Source: Chloroflexota bacterium
GTDB taxonomy: Bacteria; Chloroflexota; Anaerolineae; Anaerolineales; DRMV01
Reading direction: 5' to 3'
Assembly (NCBI GenBank): GCA_013153135.1
Contig: JAADFA010000059.1
Coordinates: forward strand, 1 to 32,612
Length of the DNA: 32,612 nucleotides
This document shows, piece by piece, positions 9,332-17,974 of the stretch; within the stretch, counting starts at the first letter, position 1; each line of letters starts with the position of its first letter. Below the pieces are notes generated by a model, which had not been told where the DNA came from, made no database searches, and was given only the letters and a program-made list of their open reading frames with translations. Made by a program: the position numbers and the translations under genes.

Positions 9332-10022
9332 AATTTTGTTCCTGCGGGGGCAAAAGGCAATATCCCACACCGATGATAGTTTTAATATAACGCGGTTTCT
9401 CGGGATTGTCACCTAATTTTTTGCGTAATGATCGAATGTGAACACGTACGGTGTTGGTAAAAGGGTTCACGTGGGCATTCCAAATATGCTCAAGCAACTC
9501 CTCTTGACTGATGACCTTGCCGGGGTGACGCATAAAGTATTCAAGGATAGCGAACTCTTTGCGCGTAAGATTTAGCTTCCGTTTTCCTTGCCAGGCAGTA
9601 TGGGTTATAGGGTCGAGTTTTAGGTCACCCCATTGTAGGATAGGTTTACGCCCCTCAGCCGCGCTCTGGCGACGTATCAGGGCCCGTATTCGGGCGAAAA
9701 GCTCTTGGAAATGGAAGGGCTTGACCAGGTAGTCGTCGGCGCCCAGATCTAGGCCGGTAACTTTATCCTCAATTCTCGCTCGGGCCGTGAGAATTAGAAT
9801 CAATACCTCTGGGTTTTGCTCTCGTAGGTGTTGGCAGATATCGAAGCCATCTATATCGGGCAAATTCAAGTCTAGAATAACCAGATCATAGCTATAAATT
9901 GAAGCAAAGAATAGCCCTTGTTCGCCGTTAAACGCGAGATCTACGGCGTAACCATGTTGTTGTAAGCCATGAGCAAGGGCTTTTGCAAAATCTTCTTCGT
10001 CTTCAATAATAAGCAATTGCAT
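9318..10022 (-). CDS. OmpR/PhoB-family response regulator
   Basis: LLIIEDE, LVILDLNLP (phosphoacceptor Asp), GADDYLVKPF, and winged helix NTVRVHIRSLRKKL...GVGY. Start at ATG 10022. Confidence 0.93.
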   Translation of the reverse strand: MQLLIIEDEEDFAKALAHGLQQHGYAVDLAFNGEQGLFFASIYSYDLVILDLNLPDIDGFDICQHLREQNPEVLILILTARARIEDKVTGLDLGADDYLVKPFHFQELFARIRALIRRQSAAEGRKPILQWGDLKLDPITHTAWQGKRKLNLTRKEFAILEYFMRHPGKVISQEELLEHIWNAHVNPFTNTVRVHIRSLRKKLGDNPEKPRYIKTIIGVGYCLLPPQEQNYENS

Positions 10023-10054
10023 ATTTGTGTTGTTGTATTCTGATATATTTCTAT

Positions 10055-11155
10055 TCAATATCTCCTTGGGCGCTCGAGATAGTGCAGCACCCGTTCGGTG
10101 AAGGCCGAGGTTGTGCACGCGTTGCCGGGTTCGCAAGCCAGGTCGGGGGTCAGGCAGCGGCTGGCCCAGGCTGCAACCACAGCTTGTTCGACGGCCTGGG
10201 CTTCGACCTCAAGGCCCAGGCTGTGGCGCAAGAGCAGGGCCACGCTTAGCATGGCCGCGCTAGGGTTCGCGATGTCAAGCCCCGCGATATCGGGCGCACT
10301 GCCATGAATTGGCTCATAGAGCCCGCGGGGATAGCCGTGGCGGTTGCGGGCATCGCCCAACGACGCGCTGGGCAGGGTGCCCAGGGTCCCGGTGAGGGCT
10401 GCGGCTTCGTCAGTCAAAATATCGCCAAACATGTTCGCGGTGAGGATGACGTCCCACTTATTGGGGCGCCGGATGATATCCATGGCCATGGCATCGACCA
10501 AACGGTGCTCCAAGCGCACTTCGGGGTATTCGCGCTTAAAGAGCTCTGTTACCGTGCGTCGCCACAAGCGCGACGTCGCGAGTACGTTGGCCTTGTCAAC
10601 GCTGGCGACGAAGCCCTCCCGCTGCCGCGCCAGATCGCCCGCGATGCGGGCCACACGCTCGATTTCCGCGCGTGTATAATGCATGGTATCCCATGCCTCG
10701 CCCCGTTCGTTAGGTTCCTGCCGGGCGCCGAAATAGATACCGCCCGTGAGCTCGCGCACGACGATGAAGTCCGTTCCACGTAGACGATCGGGGCGCAGAG
10801 GCGAAAGGTGGAGCAAAGGCTGCCAGACGCGCAAAGGCCGGAGGTTCGCGAACGTGCCCATGGCTTTGCGCAGGGCCAAAAGGCCGCGTTCTGGGCGCCG
10901 TTCAGGTGGCAGGGCATCCCATTTGGGACCGCCCACTGCCCCCAAGAGCACTGCATCGGCGCGCAACGCAGCGTTCAAGGTTTCTGGCGGCAAAGGTTCC
11001 CCGGCCTCGTCCAGAGCCGCCCCACCAATGGGGTAGACGGCCAAATCCCACTGATGTCGAAATCGGCGCCCTACGGCTTCAAGAACCTGTTGGGCGGCCC
11101 ATAGCACCTCCGGACCGATGCCATCGCCTGGCAGGAGGACAATTCGGGCGTCCAT
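10055..11155 (-). CDS. leuB: 3-isopropylmalate dehydrogenase
   Basis: [60 protein letters not shown]. Start at ATG 11155 after AAGGAGG. Confidence 0.96.
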   Translation of the reverse strand: MDARIVLLPGDGIGPEVLWAAQQVLEAVGRRFRHQWDLAVYPIGGAALDEAGEPLPPETLNAALRADAVLLGAVGGPKWDALPPERRPERGLLALRKAMGTFANLRPLRVWQPLLHLSPLRPDRLRGTDFIVVRELTGGIYFGARQEPNERGEAWDTMHYTRAEIERVARIAGDLARQREGFVASVDKANVLATSRLWRRTVTELFKREYPEVRLEHRLVDAMAMDIIRRPNKWDVILTANMFGDILTDEAAALTGTLGTLPSASLGDARNRHGYPRGLYEPIHGSAPDIAGLDIANPSAAMLSVALLLRHSLGLEVEAQAVEQAVVAAWASRCLTPDLACEPGNACTTSAFTERVLHYLERPRRY

Positions 11156-11209
11156 GACCAGCCTCCTTGCATCCATCCACCCTGAGGACTTCAACGCGTG
11201 CACCCAACT

Positions 11210-11827
11210 TTAAGGTTCTACTCGGGGTGCTCGCCCTTCGCGCCGTGCTTCAAAGGCCTCGATTTCGGGGATGTGTTCTAAAAGGTAGTCTAACTCATCT
11301 AAACCGCGCAACAGGCGCATTCGTGCAAACGCATCAATGTCAAAGGGAAACGCTTGGCCATCAGGGAGTAGAACCCTTTGTTGTTCCAGGTCCACCGTGA
11401 CCGCGTCGCTCGGATGGGCTTTGGCCCAATCCAGCAAGGCTTCGAAGGTCTCAACTGTAATGCGCGCCGGCAGCAGGCCATTTTGAACTGCGTTGCTATG
11501 AAAGATGTCCGCGAAGGAGGGCGCGAGGATCGCTCGGAAGCCCCATTCCATCAGGGCCCATACCGCATGCTCGCGCGAAGACCCGCTGCCGAAGTTGGCC
11601 CCGGTCAGCAGGATCTGGGCGCCTTGGTAGCGCGGGTCGTTGAGTGGAAAGTTCGGGTCAGGCGTGCCATCGGGCCGGTAGCGCCAGCGCGCGAACAGCC
11701 CTTGGGCCAACCCGCGGCGGTTGGTGCTTTTGAGGTATATGGCTGGGATGATGTCGTCGGTGTTGATATCCTGTCGTGGCAAAGGCACCATCGGTGACGT
11801 GATGCGCGTGATTGGCCGCATAACCAT
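11210..11827 (-). CDS. leuD: 3-isopropylmalate dehydratase small subunit
   Basis: DINTDDIIP, NFGSGSSREHAVWAL, SFADIF..N...NGLLP, GLDELD. Start at ATG 11827 after AGGAG. Confidence 0.95.
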   Translation of the reverse strand: MVMRPITRITSPMVPLPRQDINTDDIIPAIYLKSTNRRGLAQGLFARWRYRPDGTPDPNFPLNDPRYQGAQILLTGANFGSGSSREHAVWALMEWGFRAILAPSFADIFHSNAVQNGLLPARITVETFEALLDWAKAHPSDAVTVDLEQQRVLLPDGQAFPFDIDAFARMRLLRGLDELDYLLEHIPEIEAFEARREGRAPRVEP

Positions 11828-11854
11828 CGACTCCTGTGCTCGGGGATGGTTCGA

Positions 11855-11883
11855 ATTGTACCCTGGGATGCGGAGATTGCTAA
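11855..11883 (-). promoter_or_regulatory. Sigma70-like promoter for leuD-leuB
   Basis: TTAGCA-N17-TACAAT on the minus strand, 27 nt upstream of the leuD ATG. Confidence 0.5.
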
Positions 11884-12039
11884 ATGAGAAACCCTGCAAA
11901 AAGGGCGTCTAAAACATATCTATTGTGTGGGAGTTGGCAGGATGGTGGTTTGTATGTGGAAAAGTGACAGCCTGGCGTCTTTTTGCGCGACAAATAAGGG
12001 TTTTGGGTGGATTTGACGGCCATACATACATGGTCGCTT

Positions 12040-12149
12040 GGGGCACGCAAAGGTTGTAGAACGGTCATGGGGCGAGGGGGAGGCGCAGGCGCCGCCGCCT
12101 GCGGGCCAATCTGCCTGCGGCATGGGTTTCACAAGATTGGCCTGCGCCC
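12040..12149 (-). mobile_element. MITE-like repeat, copy D (internally deleted)
   Basis: Left end GGGGCACGCAAAGGTTGTAGAACGG matches the left end of copy A. Reverse complement of the right end (GGGCGCAGGCCAATCTTGTGAAACCCATGCCGCAGGC) matches the start of copy C (GGGTGCAGGCAAAGCTCGTAGAAGCCCATGCCGCGGGC). Confidence 0.6.
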
Positions 12150-12178
12150 TCACTTGACCGATACGTACGAAGGAAATG

Positions 12179-12187
12179 TGTTATACT
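12179..12187 (+). promoter_or_regulatory. Extended -10 element (TGtTATACT) for the large protease-sortase gene
   Basis: TGnTATACT about 60 nt upstream of ATG 12246. Confidence 0.45.
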
Positions 12188-12245
12188 TTTCACCGTCTGT
12201 GGTGGGGGGCGCGTTACAAAAAATAAATTTTATACAGGGGGAGGC

Positions 12246-15200
12246 ATGGCTCGTAGATATCAACTACGTCCATGGCCTTTTTTGCTTTTTTTAGGCCTAG
12301 GCGTATCAGTGGCGTTGTTGTTTAGTGCCCGCCAACTAGGGGCCGCGTATGGTGCCGCGGTGCGGCCGTTGCGTTTGGTGAGCGGACTTACCTGGTTGCC
12401 TTCCGTGGCTCCCGATAACGTTACCGTACAACCTGAGGAATATTTCGCCGGGCTGTACTTCCGGGTAATCCAATTCCGCGAGGTGCCCCCTTATGAGGTG
12501 CGCCAGCAATGGGCCCAAGAGGGTTTGCACCTGCTGGACTACATTCCGGAAAACACCTATATCGCAGCCATTGACGCCCGTTTTCCCCTTGAGCGCTTGA
12601 AGGACTGGGCCGTAACCATTGCCCCTGTGCCAGAAACCTTGCGCGAGACGCGCGCTGTTCGGGCCCATGTGCGGGCCTTGCAAGCTTCACGCGGGGCAAC
12701 CCAGGCTCTTGAGGATAACTTGGCTCATCTAACTTTGGGCTACTACGCGGCTTTGAAGCCCGCGGATGTGCTCCGCGCGCTTAAGGCCTTGGGCGTGATG
12801 GTTGAGGCTCATCGTCCCTACTCATATCAAATTGACATCGCCCTCCCCGTGAGCCTGGTGGATGCAGTCCGTCAACAGCCATATGTGCAGTATTTAGATG
12901 TCAATCCCCGCTATCGCCCTGTGTATTTAGAAATTCTCCCCTCTGCCGACCTCACCGATGAAGGCTACGAGGGCCCAGCCTCAGGTCGCGCGAATTACCT
13001 CAACACAGGCTATATAGGCAAAGTATATCGCGGCGATGGCATTGTCATCTCCCCGGCTGAAGGGGGCATCGTGGACCCCGAGTACGCGGAGGATTTTCAA
13101 GGACGTTTGATAGAGCTCGTTGCTGACTCCGTAAGCACGCATAAAACCAACGTCGCGATTCGTATGGCCGGGGGTGGGAACCTGGACCCCTTGTGGCGCG
13201 GCATCGCCTGGGGCGCCACCATCCTTAGCCTGAATTATTTCCCCGATTACGCGGACATGATCGACCGCTACAACGCCCGTTACTTCAACCACTCGTACGG
13301 CTTTGGCGTGGAAGGAGGTTATGACGCTGCCGCCCGCGACCACGACTTGCGTATCGTTACGTATCCCAAACATATGGTGGTGTATTCCGCGGGTAATGAT
13401 GGGGGCAGTACGGGATATGCTCCTTATGATACGTTGACCGGTGGCTGGGGCACTATTACAGGTGCACGTAAGCAGAATAAAAACCACCTCGCGGTCGCTG
13501 CGCTTGATGCTCTGGATGTGGTGACCTCCTTCAGCAGCCGCGGGCCCGCGCAAGACGGCCGCATTATTCCTCAGGTCGCCATCCAGGGCCGCAGTGGTAC
13601 GTCGTACGCGGCGCCCCGCGTGACGGGTTTACTTGCCTTGCTCAATGAGGTTTTCCAAGATAAGCAAGGCTACGAGCCCCCATCCATCCTTTTGCGCGCT
13701 ATCCTGCTCGCGACGGCCGACGATGTTGACATCCCTGGCCCTGACTTCCGTACAGGATTCGGTCGTCCTAACGCACGCCGCGCCTATCGGGTCATTGACC
13801 AAGGTTGGTTCTTCGAGGGTAGCCTCACCAATACCGGCGATACGTGGACGCGCACGTTGACTGTTCCATCCAACACCAGCCAGCTGCGGGTCATGCTTAT
13901 GTGGCCAGACCCCGCGGCCGTGGTCAACGCAAACCCCGCTATTGTCAATGACCTTGACCTCACCGTCGTGGCACCCGACACGACGGTTTATCGTCCTTGG
14001 GTGCCTGACCATACTCCTGATGAAACCCGGTTGACTTCGCCCGCTACCCGCCAAGAAGATCACCTCAACACCATGGAGCTGGTTACCGTAGATAACCCCA
14101 CACCAGGCCCCTGGGTGGTAACGGTGACCGGTTATAACGTGCCTAGCGGCCCGCAGTCGTTTTATGTCGTATATGAATTTGTGCCTCAGGAGCTGGTTTT
14201 GACCTTCCCCTTGCAAGATGTGCGCTTTGATGAAGGTCAAACTTATATTATCAAATGGGATAGCTACGGCGGGAGTGATACGTTTACGCTAGAGTATCAG
14301 ATCGATGGCGGCACATGGCAGACCATCGCGACGGGCCTGTCCGCCGAAACCCGGAATTACGCCTGGACGACCCCGCGTTTGGGTTCTGGGGTGCACACCC
14401 TGCAAGTGCGTGTTCGCCAAGGTTCCAATGAGTCAGTTAGCGGCATCAACTACCTTGGCGGGGTGCCCCACGATGTGCGGGTCGATTGGGTGTGTGGGGA
14501 TACTGTCAAGCTGTCGTGGACGCCGGCCCTTGGCGTGGATGGCTACCGCGTTTACACCATGGGCGCGAAGTATATGGAGGTTATCACAACAGGGGTTACC
14601 TTTGATGGCGCGAGCGCGATCATTACCGGCGTCCCGGCAGGTCGTCAGATCTTTGCCGTCAGTGGCTACACGGGCGCGAATGAGAGCCTGCGGACGCCCG
14701 CGGCGGTCAAAACCGATGAAGATGAAGCGCGCTGCCCCTACTTGGAGACCCGGCCGTCCAGCCAGGTCGACAAATCCACCATGACGCTACGCGGCGCGGC
14801 GTCGTCCCACGGCCGCGTGTTGGATGATGTGCGGTTTGAGTATGGCGACAGCGCCATCTTGGGCAATACGACGGACCCTATCCCGGTCACAGCCAGCGGG
14901 CCGGAGCTCGAACCTGTGACCGTGGACCTGCCCTCGACCTTGCAAAGCCGGAGCGATGTACTCTACTACCGCTTGACCGGCCTGCTGGATGGTTCCTTGC
15001 TACAGGGTGCGGTTCACCAAGCTCGACTCGCACCAGGCTATATGGTTGAGTTGCTCTTCGATTCGCCGCGGCGCATCGTCAGCGAGGTTGGCCGTTATCA
15101 GGCTTTGGGCAACAATGCACGTACCCTCGCGTTCTGGTTCCTGGCTTATTCGGGCTCAGTCGGCCTGTTTGAAGAGGGTGACCCTGCGTATCCTAACGGC

Positions 15201-17750
15201 TTTTTTGCCGTGTATAACACAACTTACAGCGACACCACGTGGCACATTGTGGCCGGGAATGTGTCCTTTGACGTCGATTTGCCTGGAAGTCGCTTCTCGT
15301 GGCACCACTTGGCTTTGGTGTACGACGGCGGGGGGAACCTGTACGTGTATTATGACGGCGAACTGGTTCATACCCAGACCGGTGTTGAGCTCAACACGCC
15401 AGCCAGCGCGCTCACTTTTGGCCATGGCGGCGGGTACGATTTCAAAGGTTATCTGGACGAAATCAGCTATTGGACCCTCGCGCTGGACCAGAGCCGCATC
15501 CGTCAGATCATGCATCACCCCCTACGCGGCGATGAGGCTGGGCTTCAGCTGTACTACAACTTTGACGACCTGGATCACGCAGCCATCAACGTCGTGGATG
15601 GCCGCGAGCAGGTGCTCGAACATGGCGAGCTCACGCTCTCCAGCGCGCCGATGGGCGCGGGCGCGACCGTGCTTGCGAGCGAAACTGTGGGCCTGGTGGA
15701 CGCGAGCGCTGCGGGGGTGCAGCTGAACTTCCATACCGCCGAATCTGCAGACTTGATCGTCAGCCGCATTGATATTGACCCCTATGGCTTGAGCTCGTTG
15801 AGCAGCAGCTACACCGTTTTGGATGAGCAGTATTGGGTCATCCATCGCATCGGCGCAACAGGGACCTTTAGCGCGGATGTGACCTTCAAAGTTGCGGAAC
15901 CCCTGTCCAGCCTCGACGCCGCGCGTCCGGATCGGCTACGGCTTTACCAACGCAGCAAATCCTCTGCTTCTTCGACCGCGTGGAGCTTCGTCACGACGGC
16001 AACCCAGGTCAACTTGGCTACCAATGAGATCACCTTCCCCAACCTGACCGCGTTTGATAAGCAATTCGTTATTGTACGCGATACCAGCATTACCCCCAGC
16101 GCAGATGTCGCGGTGACCAAGGTCGCGGATGTGGACCCGGTTCTAGTTGGTCAGGAGTTGACTTACACCATCACTGTGAGCAACAACGGCCCAGACGCCG
16201 CAAGCGACGTGGTGGTTACCGATACCTTATCCTCAGATGTCACTTATGTGCGGGATACCTGTAGCGGTAGCTTGAGCGGGGACACCTGGACGTGGAACGT
16301 GGGCCTGCTCGGCAGCGGCGACACGCTTTCGTGTCAGTTGACCGTGCGGGTCGCCCTGACGGCATCTGCTCCCCTAACCAACACGGTAACTGTCGATACT
16401 TCGGCTGACGATCCGGATTCGAGCAACAACCAAACGAGCATACAAACCCAGATCTTGCAGGCTGCCGACCTCGAGCTCAGCGCGAGCGTAACCCCGACCA
16501 CCGCACAACCCGGCACTTCGGTCGTTTTCACCCTCACCCTGACGAACCAAGGACCCCTCGCGGCCACGGGGGTGCAGGTGACCGCAGCTCTGCCGTCAGG
16601 CTTTGTGTATGTGGACGCGACCGCCACCCAGGGCACCTATGATCCCGAGCGCGGCGTTTGGGAGGTGGGTACCCTTGACGCGGGCGCGCGCGCTGTGCTC
16701 ACTTTGACCGCAACCGTGCAAGATGGCGAGCATCGACTTACGGCTGAGGTCACCGCGGTGGACCAGCCCGATCCAGATTCCACGCCAGGCGATGGTATGG
16801 GCGATGACTACGTCGAGGTCACCGTTACCTATCAACCAGCCGTTGACCTTGAAGTGCACATGGATGTGCAGCCCGCGGAGCCGAGCTATCACGACGTGGT
16901 GACCTTCACTTTGAGTGTGACCAACGTTCCGCCCGCGTCCACCGCGACGGGAGTGCGCATCCAAGCCTTTTGGAACAATGGGTACGCTTACCTCGAGCAC
17001 CGCGCCAGCCAAGGTGCGGTCACGGTCACCTTCGCGTCGACCCACATCACGTGGGATGTAGGCGAAGTTGCCCCTGGGCAGACGGCGACGTTGACTGTTC
17101 GTTTGCGTGTGCTCCCCGAGCCGCCTTTGTGGGATGTGTGGGCCGAGTTGGTGGCTGTGGACCAACCCGATCTCGACTCCATCCCTGGCGATCACCAGGG
17201 GGATGACTACGCGTCCCTGCGCCTGCAACCTAAATTGCCCGCCACCGGGTTCGCACCGGGCCGGGTTACCCATCTGCCACCGCAGCCCGCGTCCTTGAGC
17301 TACGCGACCACCTCGATGGTGCTCGAGATCCCGCGGCTCGGTACCCAGGCGGAAGTCGTGGGCGTACCTTCGGGCGCAGCGGAAAGCATTGCTTACTTAG
17401 GCCCGCGGGTAGGGTATATCCAGAGCTCCACCTTCCCGACTTGGCGCGGCAATAGCGTGCTCACCGGGCACAATTATCTGCCTGATGGATTGCCCGGACC
17501 CTTCTGGGGCTTGAAGCAGCTACGTTGGGGCGACGTAGTACGGTTGCATTACCAAGGATGGGTGTACGAATACGAAGTGCGCGATGTGCGCGTTGTTTCG
17601 CCAACAGATGCATGGCCTATGGAGCCTATTGAAGATGGGCATGTTTGGTTGACGTTGATCACATGCGACGGGTATGACCCGCGGGCGCGAGCGGCCCAAG
17701 CGCGGGTCGTGGTCCGTGCGGTGCTGATGCGGGTGATGCCAGCGCCTTGA
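12246..17750 (+). CDS. Secreted multidomain protein: signal peptide, propeptide, S8 subtilase, beta-sandwich/FN3-like modules, LamG domain, 3x DUF11, LPATG motif, C-terminal sortase domain
   Basis: Basic plus hydrophobic N-terminus. S8 motifs SAGNDG, FSSRGP and SGTSYAAP. LamG pattern WHHLALVYDG...FKGYLDEI. DUF11 pattern ADVAVTK...LTYTITVSNNGP. LPATG at 17235-17249. Sortase motifs LEIPRLG, VLTGHN, LTLITC and RVVVRA. Confidence 0.9.
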   Translation: MARRYQLRPWPFLLFLGLGVSVALLFSARQLGAAYGAAVRPLRLVSGLTWLPSVAPDNVTVQPEEYFAGLYFRVIQFREVPPYEVRQQWAQEGLHLLDYIPENTYIAAIDARFPLERLKDWAVTIAPVPETLRETRAVRAHVRALQASRGATQALEDNLAHLTLGYYAALKPADVLRALKALGVMVEAHRPYSYQIDIALPVSLVDAVRQQPYVQYLDVNPRYRPVYLEILPSADLTDEGYEGPASGRANYLNTGYIGKVYRGDGIVISPAEGGIVDPEYAEDFQGRLIELVADSVSTHKTNVAIRMAGGGNLDPLWRGIAWGATILSLNYFPDYADMIDRYNARYFNHSYGFGVEGGYDAAARDHDLRIVTYPKHMVVYSAGNDGGSTGYAPYDTLTGGWGTITGARKQNKNHLAVAALDALDVVTSFSSRGPAQDGRIIPQVAIQGRSGTSYAAPRVTGLLALLNEVFQDKQGYEPPSILLRAILLATADDVDIPGPDFRTGFGRPNARRAYRVIDQGWFFEGSLTNTGDTWTRTLTVPSNTSQLRVMLMWPDPAAVVNANPAIVNDLDLTVVAPDTTVYRPWVPDHTPDETRLTSPATRQEDHLNTMELVTVDNPTPGPWVVTVTGYNVPSGPQSFYVVYEFVPQELVLTFPLQDVRFDEGQTYIIKWDSYGGSDTFTLEYQIDGGTWQTIATGLSAETRNYAWTTPRLGSGVHTLQVRVRQGSNESVSGINYLGGVPHDVRVDWVCGDTVKLSWTPALGVDGYRVYTMGAKYMEVITTGVTFDGASAIITGVPAGRQIFAVSGYTGANESLRTPAAVKTDEDEARCPYLETRPSSQVDKSTMTLRGAASSHGRVLDDVRFEYGDSAILGNTTDPIPVTASGPELEPVTVDLPSTLQSRSDVLYYRLTGLLDGSLLQGAVHQARLAPGYMVELLFDSPRRIVSEVGRYQALGNNARTLAFWFLAYSGSVGLFEEGDPAYPNGFFAVYNTTYSDTTWHIVAGNVSFDVDLPGSRFSWHHLALVYDGGGNLYVYYDGELVHTQTGVELNTPASALTFGHGGGYDFKGYLDEISYWTLALDQSRIRQIMHHPLRGDEAGLQLYYNFDDLDHAAINVVDGREQVLEHGELTLSSAPMGAGATVLASETVGLVDASAAGVQLNFHTAESADLIVSRIDIDPYGLSSLSSSYTVLDEQYWVIHRIGATGTFSADVTFKVAEPLSSLDAARPDRLRLYQRSKSSASSTAWSFVTTATQVNLATNEITFPNLTAFDKQFVIVRDTSITPSADVAVTKVADVDPVLVGQELTYTITVSNNGPDAASDVVVTDTLSSDVTYVRDTCSGSLSGDTWTWNVGLLGSGDTLSCQLTVRVALTASAPLTNTVTVDTSADDPDSSNNQTSIQTQILQAADLELSASVTPTTAQPGTSVVFTLTLTNQGPLAATGVQVTAALPSGFVYVDATATQGTYDPERGVWEVGTLDAGARAVLTLTATVQDGEHRLTAEVTAVDQPDPDSTPGDGMGDDYVEVTVTYQPAVDLEVHMDVQPAEPSYHDVVTFTLSVTNVPPASTATGVRIQAFWNNGYAYLEHRASQGAVTVTFASTHITWDVGEVAPGQTATLTVRLRVLPEPPLWDVWAELVAVDQPDLDSIPGDHQGDDYASLRLQPKLPATGFAPGRVTHLPPQPASLSYATTSMVLEIPRLGTQAEVVGVPSGAAESIAYLGPRVGYIQSSTFPTWRGNSVLTGHNYLPDGLPGPFWGLKQLRWGDVVRLHYQGWVYEYEVRDVRVVSPTDAWPMEPIEDGHVWLTLITCDGYDPRARAAQARVVVRAVLMRVMPAP

Positions 17751-17782
17751 GGTTGGTCTCGGCGGAAAGCGCGGTTGACGTA

Positions 17783-17822
17783 ATGGACGGCCGGGGTATG
17801 GTCACCCACCCCGGCTGTTCAT
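17783..17822. terminator. Hairpin between convergent genes
   Basis: 15-bp stem with two G-T pairs, ATGGACGGCCGGGGT / ACCCCGGCTGTTCAT, 10-nt loop, 32 nt after the stop at 17750. Confidence 0.55.
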
Positions 17823-17824
17823 GT

Positions 17825-17965
17825 GAGTGCAGGCAAATCTCGTAGCGGGCGGCGGAAGCCGCCCGCTATCCTCGCTGCCCGCGCGTTGGGCTGAACTACC
17901 CGCGTGTAATTTTATGTAAACTAGTCGCAGGCTGAAGCCTGCGGCGGCGCCAACGGCGATAGCCC
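17825..17965 (+). mobile_element. MITE-like repeat, copy B, with putative target-site duplication
   Basis: Flanked by the exact direct repeat CTGTTCATGT (17815-17824 and 17966-17975). Core is nearly identical to part of 32422-32612. Two internal REP-like hairpins. Confidence 0.75.
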
Positions 17966-17974
17966 CTGTTCATG

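Noticed and set aside
10023-10136. N-terminal extensions in the ORF track (response regulator here; likewise leuB, leuD, RluA-family, MOSC and the CC-adding gene)
   Set aside because: Artefacts of longest-ORF calling. Several overlap neighbouring genes, and RBS position or domain starts favour the downstream ATGs.
12154-12187. TTGACC as the -35 partner of TATACT
   Set aside because: Spacing is 22 nt, too long; only the extended -10 was kept.
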